Below are positions 46,685 to 57,397 of a stretch of 64,000 nucleotides of DNA, one piece after another (the stretch's first letter is position 1; each line of letters starts with the position of its first letter). The notes beneath the pieces were generated by a model. That model ran no database searches and was not told where the DNA came from. It was given only the letters and a program-made list of their open reading frames with translations. The stretch spans positions 17 to 64,016 of the forward strand of contig JAYQON010000004.1 of the NCBI GenBank assembly GCA_038144835.1, read 5' to 3'. This DNA is from Bdellovibrionales bacterium (GTDB taxonomy: Bacteria; Bdellovibrionota; Bdellovibrionia; Bdellovibrionales; UBA1609). The position numbers and the translations under genes were made by a program.

Positions 46685-47749
46685 CTACTCCCTGAGAGCT
46701 GTCCGCTTGTTCATCTTTTGGTCCGCAGAGAAAAACGTGGTCACAGCCTCGTGCAGATCACGATAGTTTTGCGCTCGTGCGCAGGATGCACTCAAGTGAT
46801 GCCCAAACTCAAGCCATCCGGAAGTCATACGCAGATGGAATTTAAAACGCGTATAGCCAGAGGCAAAAGGATAATAAGCTTCAAGTAGATTTAAAAATAG
46901 AAGACAGGCCCGCCCGTACTCGCAACCCTCTTCGTTAGGTGTGCTGGGCGCCAGCCTATTTTCATGTCCGCGCGGGGGCAAAAAACCCAGCCGTTCTCCC
47001 ACTTGCCACATCAGCCAAGGTCGAGCCGCCAAAGCCCGACCCACCATGACCGCATCACAGCCACTCACCTCCGCCATGGCAAACACATCATCCACGCATT
47101 GAACGTCGCCATTGCCTACAACCGGAATATTTAGATATTCTCTTACATCGCGTATCTGCGACCAGTCGGCGCTTCCTCTACGTTTCATGAAGCCCAAACG
47201 CGGATGCAGGGTAATCCATGCCACACCAGCCTCTTGCAGCCCCCGCACAAATCTCAGCAGGTAGTCTTTATCGTTTTGTAGCCCTGCCCGTAGCTTGACC
47301 GAAACCGGCACCCGAGAGTGTTTAACGGTCATGCGCACAACCTCGCTGGCATAATCAGGATCACCCATTAAAGCCACGCCATAGTTATGCCTTAAAGCCT
47401 TTTTGACCGGACATCCCATATTGATGTCGACGGCAATAGCCCCCCAATCGACGAGCTTACGCACCGACTCGGCAATGGGTTGCTCTTCATTTCCCAAAAT
47501 CTGGGGAACAAGGTCTGATTCCTCCGCACCCTTTAGGGTTTCCGGAGTCGCCCCCATTTCCTCCCTCGGCAAACGCCACGTCGATAACATTTCCGTTGGC
47601 CACCCTACCACTGCATCTGGAGGCGTGTAGTGTCTCACGAGAAGGCGCAAAGCCACGTGCGACATTCCGACCATCGGCGCAAGCCAGACTGGAAAATTGG
47701 CTTTGCCTTGAAGCAAAGGACGTCTAAGAAACTGAGAAGCAGAGGACAT
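46685..47749 (-). CDS. tRNA-dihydrouridine synthase family protein
   Basis: Start moved to ATG 47749. LAPMVGMSHVALR, DINMGCPVKK, KLR, LHPR and GNGDV are Dus TIM-barrel motifs. Confidence 0.8.
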   Translation of the reverse strand: MSSASQFLRRPLLQGKANFPVWLAPMVGMSHVALRLLVRHYTPPDAVVGWPTEMLSTWRLPREEMGATPETLKGAEESDLVPQILGNEEQPIAESVRKLVDWGAIAVDINMGCPVKKALRHNYGVALMGDPDYASEVVRMTVKHSRVPVSVKLRAGLQNDKDYLLRFVRGLQEAGVAWITLHPRLGFMKRRGSADWSQIRDVREYLNIPVVGNGDVQCVDDVFAMAEVSGCDAVMVGRALAARPWLMWQVGERLGFLPPRGHENRLAPSTPNEEGCEYGRACLLFLNLLEAYYPFASGYTRFKFHLRMTSGWLEFGHHLSASCARAQNYRDLHEAVTTFFSADQKMNKRTALRE

Positions 47750-47890
47750 CAAACTTAGGTACACCAATTTTTTACAGGTGCCATCTGTCTTTTTTTAGTT
47801 TGTCTAAGGCCAACAACCGTTAGTAAGAACATTTCAAGCCAAGAGAGACTTGGCGATAGGAGATTTTAACTGCGAATATTTTTACTGCTG

Positions 47891-49918
47891 TTGATAATTT
47901 TTTCTACAGCACAAATCGATCAAGCACACTCGAAGCCTTTAACGACGCAAGAATGCACGGTAGAGTGCGAGCCAGCGGTTTTAAAGAGCGCAGAAGGTAT
48001 GCAAAAAATCTTGCAGCGAGGCGTCTGTGACCCCTGGCATTCGGACCCTGTTTTTTCACTACTCAACCGCAATTTGTCTGAAAACTGGGCTTTGGAATAT
48101 ACGGGGGCAGACCTCATTAAAGAAGAGTTTCTCTCTGAAATGTCCATACCTCCGGGTCTTATTGCTCTAGTCGACACGGACACGCGAGCTTTCAATAACC
48201 ATGGTCGACACGTGCACAACATTATGTCTGGCTCGAGTCACTTTTCAATTCTTCCTGAAACGCAAACTTTGAATCGCTACGAACTCCTTGGCGGCCAAGG
48301 CAAAGTTGATTCAGATTTTGAACTTGACGCCCGCAAGCTCGGTCAAAGAGGCCATCAACCGAAGTATCTCAATCTATCGATCAAACTTGATGGGCATTGG
48401 CCAATTTCATTGGCGCACATGATACGTAGTTCAAACGACGACCAGCGATTTATTTTTGCCGCCGGAAATGAGGCGCGCAGGATTGACCAAGACCTTTCTG
48501 AATTAGCCTCGGGTAATAACAAGGTTTTAATCGTAGGCTCACTGACTCCCTTTGGATCCCCGACAATCACATCCAACTTTGGCGACCTTGTGATCTCCGC
48601 ACCCTCAGATCATCATCTAGTTGCTAAAGATAAATCCAAAATCCATATTTTCGGGGAGACCAGTGGTGCCGCTCCTCAGGTCACAGCGGCGCTAGCTGCT
48701 TTTGATTTGATTGCCGACTACCATCCGACGCCCGAAGAGATCCGCAGATTACTGGCCAACAGTGTAACTCCGTTCCCATTTAGCCATGGTGATCAATATG
48801 GCAAAGGGATACTCAATACCTATCGACTTACCGCTATCGCCAAAAGAATCAAAGACAAATGCCGAGGCAATACCTACTGCAGCAAGGCCATGATCGCTTC
48901 AGACGATATTTACCATTTCACCCACAACAAAGATCTTGAGCACAAGCTCGCAACAAGCTTTCCGTACTGCGTTCAAACAGCATCTCGACTAACGAAACTC
49001 AAAAGAGTTGCTTTCGATTGTCGCGATCTTCGAAACACATTTAAAGCCCTGAGGCAAAGGGCCCTACTTAACCCCGAAGATAAAAACCTATGGCGCATTC
49101 TTGCCTGCGTACATGCTGCACATGGTTTGCATGCAAATGCGATTTTTTATGCGAAACTAGCCCACGATTCAGCGCAAATCGTGCAGTCGCAAGCCGCCTT
49201 GGTTGCACAATTTCAAAAGCAAAACCCTACCGAATCGAAAAATTCTCTAGTTCAGCGCAAAAGCGAAATTTTTCACGATGATCTGTTCAATCAAAATCCA
49301 AGTCTAAAAAACTTAACCGGTTGGTTTACCCCTACAATCCAGATCAGCCGACGTCTCATCCAACGGCTCGATAAAGATATCAACGAAACCTTAACTCAAA
49401 TCGAGAGCTTGAGCGAGAACCAGCAGCTAGGACTACTCAGCCAACTCGGCTACAAAGAAGAAACCAATGCTTGGATGCGTTCCCGACCAACGCCACCTTG
49501 GTTGATCGCACTGTTTAAGTCGCGGACAGTCTCTGAGCGAACGGCGGCTGCGGCATTTGAGTTAATAACTTCGTGGAAAGAGCCAGCTGAAAAAATACAC
49601 TTTATCCAAGCCGGACTTGATAACCCTAGTCCCGAAGTGCGCAAAAGTGCTGCTCTCAGTGTAGCCCGAGCACTCGCGCGCGAACCGTATGCAAAAAATA
49701 AAATTTCCCAGAAATTGCAGCGTCGCTGGCATGAATTATTGCAGATCATAATCGCCCGCGAAGATCCAACAATGGTAGAAGTGGCGCTTTCTGGCCTACA
49801 AGCAAGCCATATCGCGCACGCTCAAATCCTTGAATCTTTGAGCCAACACCACTCGCCGTCGCTGCGAGCAGCCGCGAACAAGCAGATATGCAAATGGCTA
49901 CCAGAGAAGTGCAAATAG
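47891..49918 (+). CDS. divergent S8-like serine peptidase fused to C-terminal HEAT (PBS-lyase-type) repeats
   Basis: VDTD, HGRHVHN and GETSGAAPQVTAALAAF resemble the Asp/His/Ser blocks of subtilases, although the Asp-His spacing is unusually short. C-terminal DNPSPEVRKSAALSVARAL and HHSPSLRAAANK look like HEAT repeats. The start may really be CTG 47870 (see findings). Confidence 0.55.
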   Translation: MIIFSTAQIDQAHSKPLTTQECTVECEPAVLKSAEGMQKILQRGVCDPWHSDPVFSLLNRNLSENWALEYTGADLIKEEFLSEMSIPPGLIALVDTDTRAFNNHGRHVHNIMSGSSHFSILPETQTLNRYELLGGQGKVDSDFELDARKLGQRGHQPKYLNLSIKLDGHWPISLAHMIRSSNDDQRFIFAAGNEARRIDQDLSELASGNNKVLIVGSLTPFGSPTITSNFGDLVISAPSDHHLVAKDKSKIHIFGETSGAAPQVTAALAAFDLIADYHPTPEEIRRLLANSVTPFPFSHGDQYGKGILNTYRLTAIAKRIKDKCRGNTYCSKAMIASDDIYHFTHNKDLEHKLATSFPYCVQTASRLTKLKRVAFDCRDLRNTFKALRQRALLNPEDKNLWRILACVHAAHGLHANAIFYAKLAHDSAQIVQSQAALVAQFQKQNPTESKNSLVQRKSEIFHDDLFNQNPSLKNLTGWFTPTIQISRRLIQRLDKDINETLTQIESLSENQQLGLLSQLGYKEETNAWMRSRPTPPWLIALFKSRTVSERTAAAAFELITSWKEPAEKIHFIQAGLDNPSPEVRKSAALSVARALAREPYAKNKISQKLQRRWHELLQIIIAREDPTMVEVALSGLQASHIAHAQILESLSQHHSPSLRAAANKQICKWLPEKCK

Positions 49919-49989
49919 ATTCTTTAACATTGTGCTTCTTGAACAAACCCTAACTTGAGCATTCTCCAGGTCCCCGCTATCTTCCCAGA

Positions 49990-51087
49990 GTGATTTCAGG
50001 ACATATCGGCATCTTGGGCGGAGGACAACTGGCACGCATGCTCGCGTTGGCAGGATACCCGCTTGGCCTTAAAATATCGGTACTGACCAGCCATAGCGAT
50101 GATCCCGCCGCGCAGGTCTGCGGCTCCACTCATCTGGGTTCTATCAATAAAGAAAAAGACCTACGCAAGTTCTTAGAAGATTTAAAAGCTGTGACTTTCG
50201 AAAGCGAATTTGTCGACATCGCCAAAGTCGCTCATCAATTATCGCCCTCGACTTATGTTTTTCCCAACTTGAAAGCCATTGAAACCATTCAAGACCGAGA
50301 GACACAAAAGCGTCTTCTGGATCAGTTTAAAATTGCCACAAGCTCTTGGCTCTCAGTCAAAAAACAAAGCGACCTTGAGCAGGCCAAAATTGTTTTTCCC
50401 AAGGGTTTTGTTTTAAAACAAAGACGGTTTGGCTACGACGGTTATGGAACTTTTGTGTTTAAAAATGGTGCGGGTGATGAGTCCGTTTTAAATGCTTCCA
50501 CCAACGGATTTATCGCTGAAAAATTTATAGCTTTTAAACGTGAGCTCGCGATTTCGTTTGTACGCTCACGTTCAGGCTCTTTTTTAACTCTTCCCTTAGT
50601 TGAAAGCGTGCAAATCAACTCGCGCTGCTTTAGCGTTAAAGGACCCATACAACACCCAGGAATAAAAAAGCTTGAGCGATCCTTTAAAAAAATGATGACG
50701 GCCATAGACTATGTGGGAGTTCTGGCCGTTGAACTCTTCGACACTGGCAAAGAACTTTTGGTGAATGAGCTTGCTCCTCGCGTGCACAATTCGGCTCATT
50801 ACTCAGTTGACGCGCTTACTTGCTCGCAGTTCGAATATCATTGGCGCGCAGGGTTGGATTTTCCTTTACCCAAGGTTGAGTTAAAAAGACCGGCATTTGC
50901 CATGGTCAACCTTCTTGGTGAGGGCGGGGACATCCGCTTATCCTATAAGCCCTGGGGGCATCTGCATTGGTACGGAAAAAATGAAAATCGTCCAGGTCGT
51001 AAATTAGGCCATATTAACACCCTCGCCCTTACCCCAAGCCGCGCGCTCGCAGTGGCGCTAAAATGGAGAAAGGACTTTAGGTTATGA
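49990..51087 (+). CDS. purK: 5-(carboxyamino)imidazole ribonucleotide synthase
   Basis: ATP-grasp fold: [11 protein letters not shown]...FESEF...[13 protein letters not shown]...GRKLGHI. Confidence 0.9.
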   Translation: MISGHIGILGGGQLARMLALAGYPLGLKISVLTSHSDDPAAQVCGSTHLGSINKEKDLRKFLEDLKAVTFESEFVDIAKVAHQLSPSTYVFPNLKAIETIQDRETQKRLLDQFKIATSSWLSVKKQSDLEQAKIVFPKGFVLKQRRFGYDGYGTFVFKNGAGDESVLNASTNGFIAEKFIAFKRELAISFVRSRSGSFLTLPLVESVQINSRCFSVKGPIQHPGIKKLERSFKKMMTAIDYVGVLAVELFDTGKELLVNELAPRVHNSAHYSVDALTCSQFEYHWRAGLDFPLPKVELKRPAFAMVNLLGEGGDIRLSYKPWGHLHWYGKNENRPGRKLGHINTLALTPSRALAVALKWRKDFRL

Positions 51088-51593
51088 AAACAAAAGTCGG
51101 AATCATCATGGGCAGTCAATCTGACGCTCGCATTATGAAAGACGCTGCCGAAGTACTTAAAGATTTCGGCGTGAGTTTTGAAATGAAAGTGGTTTCCGCT
51201 CACCGTACCCCAGAACTCATGTACAAGTACGCGAGTGAAGCTTATGAACGAGGGTTAAAAGTGATTATCGCCGGCGCTGGCGGTGCCGCACATCTTCCAG
51301 GCATGGTGGCTTCTCTGACTATACTGCCCGTCATTGGCGTACCTGTATCGATCAATAAACTCAATGGACTCGACAGTCTGTTATCAATCGCCCAGATGCC
51401 CAAAGGGGTCCCCGTCGCTTCCACGGCAATCGATAATGCCCACAACGCCGCCCTTTTGGCGATTCGAATATTAGCGAGTGAAGATAAAAAGCTTGCTGCC
51501 AAATTGTTGCAGCATCAAAAAGGCATGAACCGAAAAGTTCGCAAAAGCCAAGTGTCGCTCAGAAAAGTACTTCATGCGCCATCAGTAAAGTAA
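51084..51593 (+). CDS. purE: 5-(carboxyamino)imidazole ribonucleotide mutase
   Basis: [30 protein letters not shown] overlap with purK. Confidence 0.95.
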   Translation: MKTKVGIIMGSQSDARIMKDAAEVLKDFGVSFEMKVVSAHRTPELMYKYASEAYERGLKVIIAGAGGAAHLPGMVASLTILPVIGVPVSINKLNGLDSLLSIAQMPKGVPVASTAIDNAHNAALLAIRILASEDKKLAAKLLQHQKGMNRKVRKSQVSLRKVLHAPSVK

Positions 51594-52781
51594 ATAAGGG
51601 CGACGCTCCTCTGCCCAGGCTTTTTCATCTTTCGACAAAGATTCATCCCAAGCCTCAACCAGAGGTTTTGCTTCTGCCACCCATGCACGCAACTGATCAT
51701 TTCCAGTCAAGATATCGATAGGCAATAGCTTTTCTTCATACTCGTAGGGCGGTTGGCGCCAGAGTTCTATATTTGGATGCACACGCTGAGTGGCTTTTAA
51801 AAACAGGGTTACCAAGCGATAAGGTTTGAATTTTTGAGGACTATAAAAGGGCTCATCTACATGCACCTGAATTGCTGAAACTAATTGTCCCTTAAATTTA
51901 TGAAAAGTGGGCTCAAAAAATGCCGGCCGCAAAATGCAGCCTTGCAACCACTGTGGCGCCAGTTCATTCATCTCACGCAAGATCGACGCGATATTTAAAC
52001 CAGGAGCGCCGAATATTTCCAATGGAATCGTGGTCCCCCGACCCTCGGACAGATTAGTGCCCTCAATTAAGACTGAGCCAGGATAAATACGGGTACATGT
52101 TAAGCGTGGCATATTGGGAGAGGGATTGACCCACGCCAACTCTGGCCAACCATAATGTGGCCCGCTTTCAGGACGATACCCACGCATTTCAATGACTGTT
52201 AGATTGGCTTTCAACTTTTTATGATCACGGTACCAAAGAGCCGCTTCTCCTAAAGTGAGACCATGGCGCATGGGCACTGGCGCAGCGCCAACAAAGCTTT
52301 CATAGCGCATATCTAGAAGATGGCCTTCAATTTCTCGGCCCGCAGGATTGGGCCGATCGAGAACCCATATTTCCTTATCAGTCCCATGAACAGCATCAAG
52401 CATATAAAAAAGCGTCGTCAGAAAAGTATAGATACGACAACCCACGTCTTGTAGATCGACAAGCAGAACATCCCAATCTTGCATCATCTCTGGCGAAGGC
52501 CGGCGCACCCGACCATAAAGGCTGTAAACTGGAATTTGGTGAACAGGGTCGACATAGTCGTCGCTCTCAATCATGTTGTCTTGCTTTTCACCACGCATAC
52601 CGTGCTGAGGTCCAAACGCCGCCGCGAACTTTATTGGAGTCTCTGCGCAAAGAGCATCTAGGGAATATTTAAGACCAGAGGTGACTGAAGCCGGGTGTCC
52701 AAGAAAAGCTAATCGCTTGCCAATAAGACGGCTTTGCAAATCCTTCTCATTCAACAATCGTTCAATACCCAGTTGGAACAT
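51582..52781 (-). CDS. DUF1343 / exo-beta-N-acetylmuramidase NamZ-family protein
   Basis: [13 protein letters not shown] and [12 protein letters not shown] are typical DUF1343 motifs. Confidence 0.8.
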   Translation of the reverse strand: MFQLGIERLLNEKDLQSRLIGKRLAFLGHPASVTSGLKYSLDALCAETPIKFAAAFGPQHGMRGEKQDNMIESDDYVDPVHQIPVYSLYGRVRRPSPEMMQDWDVLLVDLQDVGCRIYTFLTTLFYMLDAVHGTDKEIWVLDRPNPAGREIEGHLLDMRYESFVGAAPVPMRHGLTLGEAALWYRDHKKLKANLTVIEMRGYRPESGPHYGWPELAWVNPSPNMPRLTCTRIYPGSVLIEGTNLSEGRGTTIPLEIFGAPGLNIASILREMNELAPQWLQGCILRPAFFEPTFHKFKGQLVSAIQVHVDEPFYSPQKFKPYRLVTLFLKATQRVHPNIELWRQPPYEYEEKLLPIDILTGNDQLRAWVAEAKPLVEAWDESLSKDEKAWAEERRPYLLY

Positions 52782-52848
52782 ACTACCCCCTAAACCATAA
52801 GCTTAGGGGGTCTGACCTCTTGCGGGCAAGCTGGGAATCACCGTTAAT

Positions 52849-53571
52849 CTAGATGAAAATATTGATGAGCAGTATGACCACTCCGGTCAAAGCAAAACCA
52901 GAAGTGACTACTCCCTTGATCGTCGTCATCGGCCCAGTTTTACCAAAAAGAGCATTGGCTTGCAGAGCACCTATTAAAATAAACGCCACAATCCAGTATG
53001 CCAATACATTCGAACCTTCATTCACAGCGTAAAGAAGGTGTGAGGCAGACAACATAAAGAAAAGCATAGGAATGGAGAAAAGCGTGTTGGTTCGAGAAGC
53101 CACCAATGCTCGTGCGGCCGCTGCAGCTGCGGCTGGGTTGGCTGGCTGCCCCTGTGCCACGGCAATTGCGTTGGCAATCACAATTTTTTGCTTTGGCCAA
53201 ATCACCAACCATACATTCAAAAACATAAGGGTACCTAAAAGCGCCCCAGTTAATATGTTAATCCAATAAGAAGAGCTCACAAGCACGGCCAAACCAGCAT
53301 TTGCAGCTTCCTGGTGACCACGCAACCCCAACATCACCGCGCCAGTGACAAAGGTCCACATTGCGCCCCAACGAAACCACCACAAAGCTCTCGGAGCCAG
53401 CTTTTGTAAAACCTGGGATTTGGCTCCCGCATCGGTTTCATTCATAAAAGCGCCTTGAACAAAATTGAAGTAGTAGAGATGGCCAATCCAAATCACACCG
53501 AAAAAAACATGCAACCAGCGCATGATGAAATGAAGACCGGTAAAGGCATCGCCAAGCAAAGAATCCAGCAT
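52849..53571 (-). CDS. integral membrane protein, urate-hydroxylase PuuD N-terminal-like (DUF989-type)
   Basis: MRWLHVFFGVIWIGHLYYFNFVQ resembles the conserved first helix of the PuuD membrane domain. About 6 TM helices. Confidence 0.45.
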   Translation of the reverse strand: MLDSLLGDAFTGLHFIMRWLHVFFGVIWIGHLYYFNFVQGAFMNETDAGAKSQVLQKLAPRALWWFRWGAMWTFVTGAVMLGLRGHQEAANAGLAVLVSSSYWINILTGALLGTLMFLNVWLVIWPKQKIVIANAIAVAQGQPANPAAAAAAARALVASRTNTLFSIPMLFFMLSASHLLYAVNEGSNVLAYWIVAFILIGALQANALFGKTGPMTTIKGVVTSGFALTGVVILLINIFI

Positions 53572-53672
53572 GAGGTGCTCCTTTGAATGTTTAAAACTGA
53601 AGGGATTACGTTTGAACTTTATAAATAGACGTAACCAAAACGTCTAGCTCTTATCAGGTGAGTCTTAAGCGC

Positions 53673-53909
53673 TTAAGAGTTTACCTTTTCTTTGCTTTTC
53701 TCTTCTTGCTTTTGCTCAGCCTTGGCAGGCTCAACGATTTGCTCGACCGGAGTGACGGGCTTGATCTCTTCCTCACTACCATCGATTCCGCGCTTGAAAC
53801 CGCGAATGGCGTCACCCAAAGACCGCCCTAAACCTGGCAAACGCGAGGGACCAAAAAACAAAAGCGCAATACCCAGAATTATGACCAGCTCCATTGGGCC
53901 AAGACTCAT
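53673..53909 (-). CDS. tatA: twin-arginine translocase subunit TatA/E
   Basis: ELVIILGIALLFFGPSRLPGLGRSLGDAIRGFKRG: TM helix plus amphipathic helix signature. Confidence 0.85.
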   Translation of the reverse strand: MSLGPMELVIILGIALLFFGPSRLPGLGRSLGDAIRGFKRGIDGSEEEIKPVTPVEQIVEPAKAEQKQEEKSKEKVNS

Positions 53910-54042
53910 AAAATCCTCCGAACCAAAAGCCTCACTCTAACCGAATTTTAACCAGAAGAAAGTCATAGTTGCTGAGAATTACCTTTATGACGCATGGAAT
54001 CTTTCACCATAAAAAAGCGTGTAGCTTTGTGCTCCAGCGAAT

Positions 54043-54870
54043 TCAGTTGGCGTGAATATCATGCCCCAGACTCAAGAGAACAAGAACAACTACTCCCAAC
54101 GCCATTCGATAATAACCGAAATATTTAAGACCGTAGCGAGCCACCAAAGCCACGAAATATTTGATCGCAAACGCACCCACAACAAAAGAAACTAAATTGC
54201 CCCAAAGAATCATTTGAATTTGCTCCGCTTCAAGTTGAGGCCAAACTTTAAGGAGTTTTAAAAAGCTAGCTCCCGTTAGTGTTGGGACAGCCAAAAAAAA
54301 TGAGAACTCGGTCGCTAACGAAAGACTCATTCCCTGATAGAGTCCACCCCAGATACTCGCGGCAGCCCGCGAAACTCCCGGAAAAAAAGCCAAGGTTTGA
54401 AATAATCCAATTTTTAAAGCGGAGCTTTTAGGCAGATCCTCAATTTTATGCACTCGCACCTTTAACAGGCGAATCCAACGATCCGTTAAAACTAACAGCA
54501 CTCCGCCCACCAACAGGGCCCACCCCACCAACCACACACTGCCAAGCAAGATATCGATGTGCTTTTTGACCGCCAACCCAATCACCGCCGCCGGCAAAAA
54601 AGCGATAAAAACCTGCGGATATACTCTTACGTTCAGTAAAAAACGCCGCCAATAGAGCACCAAAACCGAAACAATCGCTCCAAACTGCACCATCACCGTA
54701 TAATCTTTAACAAACTGCTCTTGGCTTATACCCATACCCCAAGAAGCTAAAATGATATGCCCAGTGGAGGATATCGGAAGGTATTCGGTAATACCCTCAA
54801 CAACGGCTAACAATAAAGATTGGTTAAAGTTCACGCCCCTTAGGATCGAAAAATTGATCCCACAAGGCAA
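54043..54870 (-). CDS. uppP: undecaprenyl-diphosphate phosphatase
   Basis: VEGITEYLPISSTGH, PGVSRAAA. The true start is uncertain (TTG 54870 or GTG 54834). Confidence 0.85.
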   Translation of the reverse strand: MPCGINFSILRGVNFNQSLLLAVVEGITEYLPISSTGHIILASWGMGISQEQFVKDYTVMVQFGAIVSVLVLYWRRFLLNVRVYPQVFIAFLPAAVIGLAVKKHIDILLGSVWLVGWALLVGGVLLVLTDRWIRLLKVRVHKIEDLPKSSALKIGLFQTLAFFPGVSRAAASIWGGLYQGMSLSLATEFSFFLAVPTLTGASFLKLLKVWPQLEAEQIQMILWGNLVSFVVGAFAIKYFVALVARYGLKYFGYYRMALGVVVLVLLSLGHDIHAN

Positions 54871-54890
54871 CTGAAAATTTTTAAACTAGG

Positions 54891-56840
54891 TTACCGAGGC
54901 TTCGCCACGACCGTATATTTTATCGGGCCATTGACCTGCATACGCTTGTAATAATCGTTCGGATTTTGAAAGAAACTGCGCTGATAATTGCTATCCAAAA
55001 CACCCAGAACTCGATTGGTGTTTGGGTCTACAAACTCAATCCAAGCATGGGCACCACCATTTGCCCCACCCACCCAACCACGGGCCACACGGGTTGAGAA
55101 CCCCGACTCTGCTAAAGCCACGCTCCCAATGAGACTCAACGCACGACAAACAGCTCCTCGGCAAGCTGGAATTTCGCCTAAATCACCTGAGCCGTTATTT
55201 TTTCTTATTATTTCATTTCGCAGCCGATCATAATTTGCACCGCTTTCGGGACTTTCAAATTTTTTGACTTGCGACAACCAGGCGTCCGAAGCCGTGCGCA
55301 TCTCTGTTACGTTGGGCGGCCCCCTCGGATTATGCACACCCACACCCTTGGCATCAAAGCCGTCCATAACCTCTCGCATCGTTTGCTTGAAAGCGGGAGA
55401 GTCGTAATCCACTTTTACGATCGAGCCGCTACCGGTGACATAATCACCGACTTTGCTCGACTTAAAAGCGTAAGAACGCGTGAGTTGATCTGGAGCGATA
55501 TCTTTAAAGGCAAGCCGACCAAGGTCATCTTTAAATTCAACTCTAACACGGCCATCAGCCCACTTTTGAGTCACTCGACCTTCCGAAGTTGAGCCATCCG
55601 AGCGGGGAACAGTTACGTCATCCCCAATTTTAACTAGAGGTGGGCCTCGCGGCATCTCCGCAAAATCAAGCCCTCGATTGGGAGCATAAAGATTTTCATT
55701 AGATACACTCTTGACTAACAAACGACCGTCTTCGACCTCGCCAATTTGAACTATGGCACGGCCCTCTTTATCAAACCCGATCACCTTACCTTCTGAAAAC
55801 GCACCACTCGAGCGAGGCACCACAACACTTTCGCCGACTCCAGGAGGACGATTTAACTTTTCAAGGCCCACTCCCATACGAGAAGGCACGGCCTGCATAG
55901 CCGCAATATCACTTGCAGCGGTGAAACGACCATGAGTTCTGAGGTCGTTAACTAGCGCTCGCGCTCGCGGATCTAGAGCGACTTTTAGCGCCGCTGACGG
56001 GAGTGCTACGCTTGCGGCAATTTGACAAGCGATCTTGGCCTTGTGCTGATTGGTATAACAAGCGTACAGCTGTTCCACTTTCTTGATAATATCTGGCATA
56101 ACGTCATGCGCACGTTTGCGATGAAATGCGCTTTCAAGATATTTTTTCTCACTTGCGCTAAGCTCACGCTCAGCTTTAGGGAATTTTTGCTCCGCCTCCG
56201 ACTGCTTGTCAGAATTCGCACGAATAAATTCATCGTATTTTTTTTGATTGGCCTGTTTACGACTGACTTCTTCGTCTTTTCGTCGCGCCACTTGCTCCAC
56301 AAAGGAGCGTAATCGGTCACACGGCCACTTGATCATGGCCGCACTCGCACCCTCACTCTGAAATTCTTTAATCGGCTCAATCAGGGCTCGTTTATATTCG
56401 AAATTTGAGTGGCATTTTTCGTCTTCTCGCCACGAGGCCGCCAATGCTCCGGGTGCTCCCGCCGCGCCCTTGGCCAAACTGTACGGCAAAGTCACAAGCC
56501 CCTTTGCCGTATCCCAAACAAACGCACCCACGCCATTCGCACAGCCCATAGCGATTTGCGCCGGAAGAAAATGCTCCGATTGCGAACAATCGATAATGTC
56601 TTTTTGCTGCTCTTGAGGGAGTGAATCACGCACTTGCCCGCATTTATTCTGTGCGTAGGTTTTATTGCAAGCTGCTAAATTTGAGCGTATCGCCGTCGAA
56701 CTCTTATCGACGGCTAGTGTTTCAATTCCACTTGGGTCAGCAACCTCCAACGCGCGTGCGATCAACACGTTAGAAAAAAGCTTTACGCTAAGTAAAACCA
56801 ATAAAACTTTTAATTGAGCGCCAAACCCTTTCCCATCCAT
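54891..56840 (-). CDS. secreted protein with tandem small beta-domain repeats and C-terminal transglutaminase-like Cys-His-Asp core
   Basis: Signal peptide. Repeats are VVVPRSSGAFSEGKVIGFDKEGRAIVQ and VTVPRSDGSTSEGRVTQKWADGRVRVEF. The core is GAVCRALSLIG...GAHAWIEF...GVLDSN (C565/H598/D616 in this ORF's own numbering). Confidence 0.6.
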   Translation of the reverse strand: MDGKGFGAQLKVLLVLLSVKLFSNVLIARALEVADPSGIETLAVDKSSTAIRSNLAACNKTYAQNKCGQVRDSLPQEQQKDIIDCSQSEHFLPAQIAMGCANGVGAFVWDTAKGLVTLPYSLAKGAAGAPGALAASWREDEKCHSNFEYKRALIEPIKEFQSEGASAAMIKWPCDRLRSFVEQVARRKDEEVSRKQANQKKYDEFIRANSDKQSEAEQKFPKAERELSASEKKYLESAFHRKRAHDVMPDIIKKVEQLYACYTNQHKAKIACQIAASVALPSAALKVALDPRARALVNDLRTHGRFTAASDIAAMQAVPSRMGVGLEKLNRPPGVGESVVVPRSSGAFSEGKVIGFDKEGRAIVQIGEVEDGRLLVKSVSNENLYAPNRGLDFAEMPRGPPLVKIGDDVTVPRSDGSTSEGRVTQKWADGRVRVEFKDDLGRLAFKDIAPDQLTRSYAFKSSKVGDYVTGSGSIVKVDYDSPAFKQTMREVMDGFDAKGVGVHNPRGPPNVTEMRTASDAWLSQVKKFESPESGANYDRLRNEIIRKNNGSGDLGEIPACRGAVCRALSLIGSVALAESGFSTRVARGWVGGANGGAHAWIEFVDPNTNRVLGVLDSNYQRSFFQNPNDYYKRMQVNGPIKYTVVAKPR

Positions 56841-56998
56841 ATAAAGTTAACGGAAGTGCAAAATTCGACGCTAAATGGACAATTTTAGGTGTAGATAGCT
56901 TATTAAAATTGATTAAAGATTGTACACCTGCCAAGTTTAAAAACATCGACGTATCAAAATGAAACTGGCCCACCTGCCTGTTGGGTCAGATCTCAGTT

Positions 56999-57367
56999 TT
57001 ATCGCCTACGGCACTCAAACTTATAGACCTGATTTACTATAACCTGTGAAATCTGCATACGTCCGGTGGAATCAAAACTTCCAGTGGCATTAATACCTTC
57101 GGTATAGTTCTCGCCCCAAGACTGGGTCAGCATGAAATCCCCACGACTCAGATTCGCAGAAAAAGAGAAAGCTCGCGAACCCAGATCAACCGACTCAGAC
57201 GCAAACTCACTCGCATCCGCTTTTATAACGAAGCGCTTTTCTTGCTGATTTTTGTTTCCTTGGTGAGTGACCTCAAACTGCCGCGCAACGCAATGGATTT
57301 CTTGAGCAAAAGCTCGACCACCTAAAACTAAAAGAACCAACGCAAGTCCGATTTTTTTTTTGCTCAT
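56999..57367 (-). CDS. small secreted hypothetical protein
   Basis: Start moved to ATG 57367 (GGGGG RBS). Signal MSKKKIGLALVLLVLGGRAFA. Confidence 0.5.
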   Translation of the reverse strand: MSKKKIGLALVLLVLGGRAFAQEIHCVARQFEVTHQGNKNQQEKRFVIKADASEFASESVDLGSRAFSFSANLSRGDFMLTQSWGENYTEGINATGSFDSTGRMQISQVIVNQVYKFECRRR

Positions 57368-57397
57368 TGCGAACACCCCCTATTTATCCACAAAAAA

